From Blastocatellia bacterium (GTDB lineage: Bacteria > Acidobacteriota > Blastocatellia > UBA7656 > JADIYM01), in contig JBGAKX010000004.1 in assembly GCA_044224215.1 (NCBI GenBank), positions 7,709-71,708 on the forward strand: a stretch of DNA of 64,000 nucleotides, in the 5' to 3' direction. Positions 59,306-64,000 of the stretch are shown one piece after another. The first letter of the stretch is position 1. Each line of letters starts with the position of its first letter. The notes beneath the pieces were generated by a model that searched no databases, was not told the DNA's origin, and was given only the letters and a program-made list of their open reading frames with translations. Both the position numbers and the translations under genes were made by a program.

Positions 59306-62300
59306 AGACGACGACGACGTCGCTGGTGACGGTGCCTCGCACCGTGACGAGCGCGCCGTTCCTCGCGTCGAACGTGAAGATCCTGTCCGACGGGAACGAC
59401 GTCACGCGGCGCGCGGGACCGCCCGGCGCCATCGACCGGATCTGTGACACGCCGTCGATGTCGTCGATGAAGAGCAGTTCGTGGCTGTCCGCGGACCATC
59501 GAATTCGCTGATAGTTCATTCGCGGAATCGACAGAATCGAAATATCAAATGCTTGCGCGGCACTCGAGCCGTCGAGCGGCATTACCGCTCCGCGAACGTG
59601 CGAATCGCCTTCCGTCTGCTGCGTGAAGACGACCCACCGGCCGTCCGGCGAGATCGCCGGCCAGTTTGCGTACGTCCCGCCGAGCAGCACCGTCCCCGAG
59701 CCGTCGAGCGCCTTGCGCCAGATCGACGCGCCGAGCTCCTTGTTGGTCTGACCCTGGTACACGAGCGATCGTCCGTCGGGCGACACTGCCGGGTACTCGT
59801 CGTCGACGTCCGCCGTGATCTGTTCAGGAACGCCCGCCACCTCCGCGTCGACTCTCCAAATATTGAAAGGGCCCGACCGGTTCGACGCAAAGTAGACGGT
59901 TCGATTGTCCGGCGCCATTGCAGGATCGCGGTCGACCGCAGCGTGAAACGTCAGCTGTCGCTGATTCTGGCCGTTGTCGTCGGCGACATAGACGTCAAAG
60001 TTCCCTGAGCGCCGGCTCGAATACAGGATGCGTCCGTCAGGCGTCCACGACGCGCCGAGGATTCGGTCATGCCCGACCGTGATCGGATGCGCATCGCTGC
60101 CGTCGGCCGCGTGCGACACCCACAGCGACTGATGGAACGCGGTCTGCACGGCCGCCATCCTGCCGTCGCGCGCAACCGTGACGCCGTCATAGCCGCTCGT
60201 GTCCTGCGTGATGCGCGATGCCATCCCGCTGGGGTACGCCACGCTCCACAGTTCCATGTCGCCGAGCGCCGCCGAAGCGACGGACGCGACGAGCGCATTC
60301 CCGTCGGGCAGCCACGCCACTCGGTCCACGTACCACCACGTGAGCGGCGTGATGAGGCGAAACGACGGGTCGCCGACGGTTATCTCCGCGATCCCGCCGC
60401 GGTAACCGTTCGAAGTGTCCGAGACCGAGCACGCGATCCGCGCGCCATCCGGCGACCACGACGGCGTCTCTTGCGCAAAAATGAGCGGTGTCGACGTCGT
60501 CCACAACGACCGCTCGCCGCTGCCGTCGGCATTCGCCATCATCAGGTCCGCATGCTTGCCGCTCTCGTCGCGCCGAATGAACGCAATACTCTCGTCTGTA
60601 GGCGAGATGGCGACACCACTGTCGGCGGCCATCACGACGGGTTGTGGCGATCCGCTCGGCAGCGGCAGCTTGTAGATCGTCGTCCCGCCCACGCTTTCCG
60701 ACGCACAGTAATAGATGGACTGGCTATCGTGGGTGAACGTGACATTGGAGAGCCATGCGTCGGACGGATCCGTGATGCGCACCTTTCCACTTCCGTCGAC
60801 CCGGCAGAGGTACAGGCTCATCGTGCCCTGCTCCTCCACCGCCGCCACGACCTGCGATCCGTCCGGCGAGATCGCCGCGTCGACCGCGTTTCCGGTAAAT
60901 GTGACGCGTCGAACGTCGGTGACGATGAAGCGCTGAGGTCGCTGGGTGCGGCCGATATGCAGCGCCGCCCACACGGCTCCGGCCGTCAACGCAAGCAGCA
61001 CGATCGCGCCGACGAGGCGCACGGCATTGATGCGCCACGCCCGACGAGGTGCGGGCTCCGGCACGAGTTCGATGACCGTCGTTGCGGTCGCCGACTTGAC
61101 GTCGAGCGCGGCTCGCAGGTCGCCGATGAACTGGCCGGCGCTTGCCGGTCGATCGGAGCGGGCTTTCTCGAGCGCGCGCGACACCGTCGCCGAGAACCTG
61201 CGCGGGACGGACGGATCGACCACGTGCAGCGGTTCGGGCGTCGCGACGAGGTGAGCGCGTCGGATCTCGCTCGAGTTGCGGCCGTGGAACGGCGTGGTGC
61301 CGCTGACGAGCTCGTAGACCACGACACCGAGGCTGTACACGTCGGCACGCGCGTCGATCTCGGGCCCGCCGTCCGCCGGCACGTCGCCCCACTGCTCCGG
61401 CGACATGTAATGCGGCGTGCCGATGACGTGGCCCGGCTGCGTCACGTTCGCTGCAGCCTCGAGCGGTTCGGCAAGGATCTCGCGCAGCTTGGCAATGCCG
61501 AGATCGAGCAGCTTGACGACGTGCTTGTCGTCCGGATCGGCGATCATGATGTTCTCGGGCTTGATGTCGCGATGCACGATCCCCTGCGAATGCGCCTCGT
61601 CGAGCGCATCGGCGACCGGTCCAAGCAGTTCGACGGCCCGCGCCGGGGTCAGCCTGCCGTGCTGCTCGCACTCTTCGCGCAGCGTCGGTCCGTCGACGAA
61701 TTCCTGAACCATGTACGTGAGCCCGTCGGCCGACGTGCGCAGGTCGTAGACCGTCACGATGTTCGGATGCTGCAGCGTGCGCGCGACCCGGCCCTCGCGC
61801 AGGAAGCGCTCGAGCCGCTCGGGCTCGGACGTGAGCTGGCGACGCAGGACCTTGAGCGCAACGTGATCCCTCAACAGCGCGTGTTGCGCGAGATAGACGT
61901 ATCCGAAGCCACCGCCCTTGATGAATCGCTCGACGTGGTAGAGGCCGTCGATCGTCGTCCCGACGAGCGCTTCGGGGTCGTCGACGAGAACTTCGCCGTC
62001 ACGGGGACACACGAGCTCGCCGGAGCTGAAGTGGCCCGAGCACTTGGGACAGACGCGGATCTGGCTCGACGAACTGTCGGCAGCCGAGCGCACCGCTGCG
62101 TTGAGGTCGGCGCCGTCCGCGAGCCGTGTCGAACCGGTAATCACGGGACCGCCGAGCAAGCTGTCGGTCTGCTCGTCCGCGGCGAGGAGCGTGAGCACTT
62201 CGCGCTTCAGGTCCTCGTTGCCGCCGCACTCGCGATCGAGATACGGAATCCGATCGTCCGACGCGAGCTCGACACACGCGTGAAACAGCCGCTTGACCTG

Positions 62301-62318
62301 TTCCCAGTCGGTGGCCAT
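59286..62318 (-). CDS. Membrane Ser/Thr kinase with an ECF-associated N-terminal helical domain, a Cys4 knuckle and a TolB-like (PD40) beta-propeller
   Basis: WEQVKRLFHAC...EDLKREVLTLL; CPKC-x9-CPRDG; [26 protein letters not shown]; TM; repeats ISPDG/WSPDG/WTPDG; start coupled (TGATG) to the sigma gene (GTG 62321 is an alternative). Confidence 0.92.
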   Translation of the reverse strand: MATDWEQVKRLFHACVELASDDRIPYLDRECGGNEDLKREVLTLLAADEQTDSLLGGPVITGSTRLADGADLNAAVRSAADSSSSQIRVCPKCSGHFSSGELVCPRDGEVLVDDPEALVGTTIDGLYHVERFIKGGGFGYVYLAQHALLRDHVALKVLRRQLTSEPERLERFLREGRVARTLQHPNIVTVYDLRTSADGLTYMVQEFVDGPTLREECEQHGRLTPARAVELLGPVADALDEAHSQGIVHRDIKPENIMIADPDDKHVVKLLDLGIAKLREILAEPLEAAANVTQPGHVIGTPHYMSPEQWGDVPADGGPEIDARADVYSLGVVVYELVSGTTPFHGRNSSEIRRAHLVATPEPLHVVDPSVPRRFSATVSRALEKARSDRPASAGQFIGDLRAALDVKSATATTVIELVPEPAPRRAWRINAVRLVGAIVLLALTAGAVWAALHIGRTQRPQRFIVTDVRRVTFTGNAVDAAISPDGSQVVAAVEEQGTMSLYLCRVDGSGKVRITDPSDAWLSNVTFTHDSQSIYYCASESVGGTTIYKLPLPSGSPQPVVMAADSGVAISPTDESIAFIRRDESGKHADLMMANADGSGERSLWTTSTPLIFAQETPSWSPDGARIACSVSDTSNGYRGGIAEITVGDPSFRLITPLTWWYVDRVAWLPDGNALVASVASAALGDMELWSVAYPSGMASRITQDTSGYDGVTVARDGRMAAVQTAFHQSLWVSHAADGSDAHPITVGHDRILGASWTPDGRILYSSRRSGNFDVYVADDNGQNQRQLTFHAAVDRDPAMAPDNRTVYFASNRSGPFNIWRVDAEVAGVPEQITADVDDEYPAVSPDGRSLVYQGQTNKELGASIWRKALDGSGTVLLGGTYANWPAISPDGRWVVFTQQTEGDSHVRGAVMPLDGSSAAQAFDISILSIPRMNYQRIRWSADSHELLFIDDIDGVSQIRSMAPGGPARRVTSFPSDRIFTFDARNGALVTVRGTVTSDVVVVSTASAS

Positions 62319-62893
62319 CACTCAGCCTCGGCGCCGGAAATCGCGCGATGCAGCCACGCGCGCGCGAGCCGCCACTCGCGTTCCACGGTGGCCGTTCCAA
62401 CGTCCAGCACCTCGGCGGTCTCGGAGATCGTCAGCCCGCCGAAGTAGCGCAGCTCGACCACGCGGGCCAGCCGTTCGTCCGTCGCCGCGAGCGCGTCGAG
62501 CGCATCGTTGAGCTCGATGACCTCGACGTCGAACTCGTGAGGAACGGGGAGGTCTTCGTCGTATGTCACGCGCACGAGTGCGCCCGCACGCTTGCTCGCG
62601 CGATGCCGGCGCGCGTGGTCGACGAGCGCCTGGCGCATCATCCGCGCGGCGATCCCGAGAAAATGCGCCCTGCTCTCGGGCTGCAGCCCGCTCTGGTCCG
62701 CGAGCTTCAGATACGCCTCATGCACGAGAGCGGTGGGTTGGAGCGTGTGGCCCGCACGTTCGCCGCGAAGGTAGCCGGCGGCCATGCGCCGCAGTTCCGA
62801 GTAGACCAGCGGCATCAGCTCGTCGAGGGCGGTCCTGTCCCCGGCGCGAAGCTGGTCCAGCAACCGCGTCACGTCACTGTCGGTCGTCCGCAT
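62318..62893 (-). CDS. ECF-type RNA polymerase sigma factor (TIGR02999-like, kinase-associated)
   Basis: DVTRLL...GDRTALDELMPLVYSELRRMA, HTLQPTALVHEAYLKL, VVELRYFGGLTISETAEVL, WRLARAWL. Confidence 0.93.
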   Translation of the reverse strand: MRTTDSDVTRLLDQLRAGDRTALDELMPLVYSELRRMAAGYLRGERAGHTLQPTALVHEAYLKLADQSGLQPESRAHFLGIAARMMRQALVDHARRHRASKRAGALVRVTYDEDLPVPHEFDVEVIELNDALDALAATDERLARVVELRYFGGLTISETAEVLDVGTATVEREWRLARAWLHRAISGAEAE

Positions 62894-63039
62894 TGCCGTA
62901 GGCACCGGAATCGGTTCTCGTGACCAGACTCCCCCTGGTCTGATGGAGACCGGCTTCGATTATCGCTCTACCCAATGAGGGGATCAAGTAGGCGCCGCGA
63001 CAGGGACGCGGCCGGTCCACCAACAAGGAGGTATGGGTG

Positions 63040-63498
63040 ATGAATACGATTCAATCCGTCAGCAACGTTGTCCGCCGTGTCGCACTTGCAGCGATGGCGG
63101 CCAGTATCACCGTGGCGGTTGTCGCGGCTCCCGCATTCGGGCGGTTGCACAACCAGATCCGTGTCACGATTCCATTTGCGTTCAGCGTGGGCAAGACGGC
63201 GATGCCGGCGGGTGAATACACCGTGCAGGACATTGCCAATGGCGCGCTTCACGTGAAGTCGATGAAGGGCGACGAGTCGACGATCGCACTCGGTCGGCTC
63301 GAGACCGAGGAGATTCCTGCCGAAGGCACGCCGACGCTGGTCTTCAACCGGTACGGCTCGGAGTGTTTCCTTTCGGAAGTCCGCACGGGTTGGGACCAGA
63401 GCGTCTACAAGTTCCGGGCGACGGCTATCGAAGAGCGGCTCGCTCGCGAGGGCAACGGCCCGGGCGAAGTCCTGCTCGTCAAGGCCACCATTCGGTAG
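63040..63498 (+). CDS. Secreted beta-rich protein of unknown function
   Basis: AAGGAGG RBS; signal peptide; IRVTIPFAFSVGKTAMPAGEYTV...TLVFNRYGSECFLSEV; GTG 63037 is an alternative start. Confidence 0.8.
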   Translation: MNTIQSVSNVVRRVALAAMAASITVAVVAAPAFGRLHNQIRVTIPFAFSVGKTAMPAGEYTVQDIANGALHVKSMKGDESTIALGRLETEEIPAEGTPTLVFNRYGSECFLSEVRTGWDQSVYKFRATAIEERLAREGNGPGEVLLVKATIR

Positions 63499-63524
63499 CG
63501 ATCGATCCGGCTCCCCCCGGCTTC

Positions 63525-63619
63525 CACGGACCGTGTCCGGCGCGTCGCGCCGGCCGGTCCGTGGTTCGTTTGTGGCGCTCACACGGACCGTGTCCGGCGC
63601 GCCGGTCCGTGGTTCGTTT
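63525..63619 (+). repeat. Tandem duplication of a terminator-like hairpin (2 copies)
   Basis: CACGGACCGTGTCCGGCGCG-[TCGCGCCGG]-CCGGTCCGTGGTTCGTTT at 63525-63571, and the same without the 9-nt insert at 63582-63619. Confidence 0.8.
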
Positions 63620-63670
63620 CGGGCGGCATCGTGACCGCATCGCAGTCGAGCGTGGCATAATACGCGTTCT

Positions 63671-64000
63671 ATGCCGTCGATCTTTGTCACGACTGGGGAG
63701 CTCCCCGAGAGCGCACTGGACATGTTGCGCACTGCGGGCGATCTGCGGGTCTGGTCGGGTGCGACTCCGATGCGGGCAGACACGCTCGCCGCCGAGATCC
63801 GGGAGGCAGACGCGCTGGTGACACTCGTCGACAACACGGTCGACGCGTCGGTGCTCGCGGCTGGCCTGCGGCTGCGGGTCGTGGCGAACGTCGCCGTTGG
63901 ATTCGACAACATCGATCTCGACGCGGCGAGGCGGCGCGGGATCTGGGTCACGAACACTCCCGACGTTCTGACCGACGCGACGGCGGACCTCACGTTTGCG
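63671..64000 (+). CDS. D-2-hydroxyacid dehydrogenase (glyoxylate reductase-like), N-terminal part, truncated by the window edge
   Basis: My translation (not in the ORF track): MPSIFVTTGELP...VVANVAVGFDNIDLDAARRRGIWVTNTPDVLTDATADLTFA. Confidence 0.92.
   Translation, partial: MPSIFVTTGELPESALDMLRTAGDLRVWSGATPMRADTLAAEIREADALVTLVDNTVDASVLAAGLRLRVVANVAVGFDNIDLDAARRRGIWVTNTPDVLTDATADLTFA

Noticed and set aside
63525-63619. Possible CRISPR array
   Set aside because: Only two units, a 10-nt spacer and no cas genes; it fits a duplicated terminator better.

Overview
GC-rich bacterial chromosomal window, most likely Acidobacteriota (Blastocatellia-like; inferred from gene content only). It holds about 50 CDSs and one tRNA-Cys(GCA); I found no CRISPR, prophage, integrase or transposase. 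Core genes: lolE-lolD-clpC, bshC, a lytic transglycosylase plus amidase pair, a MacAB-type ABC exporter, cmk-ribE-ribBA-tamB-Omp85(7 POTRA)-SurA-like, lptD, Nudix, [2Fe-2S] ferredoxin, UvrD-family helicase, LysR, mutL, a frameshifted UbiD decarboxylase, two Ser/Thr kinases (one coupled to an ECF sigma factor), cydAB, trpA, ftcD/hutI split by a GT-C + GT2 pair, and a 2-hydroxyacid dehydrogenase. The most unusual observations are: (1) two tandem, homologous small proteins with a coiled coil and a G-R-x(0,1)-G-T-x-C-P-P-x-C motif beside the ECF/kinase module; (2) a perfect sigma-54 promoter with candidate enhancer palindromes driving a lone 77-aa basic protein; (3) three families of dispersed REP-like palindromes, one showing compensatory base changes; (4) a recurring leaderless-mRNA signature in about nine genes; (5) a RibBA with a degenerate GTP cyclohydrolase II site; (6) a NucS-like PD-(D/E)XK nuclease near mutL. 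All calls come from reading the sequence by eye; no database searches were run.
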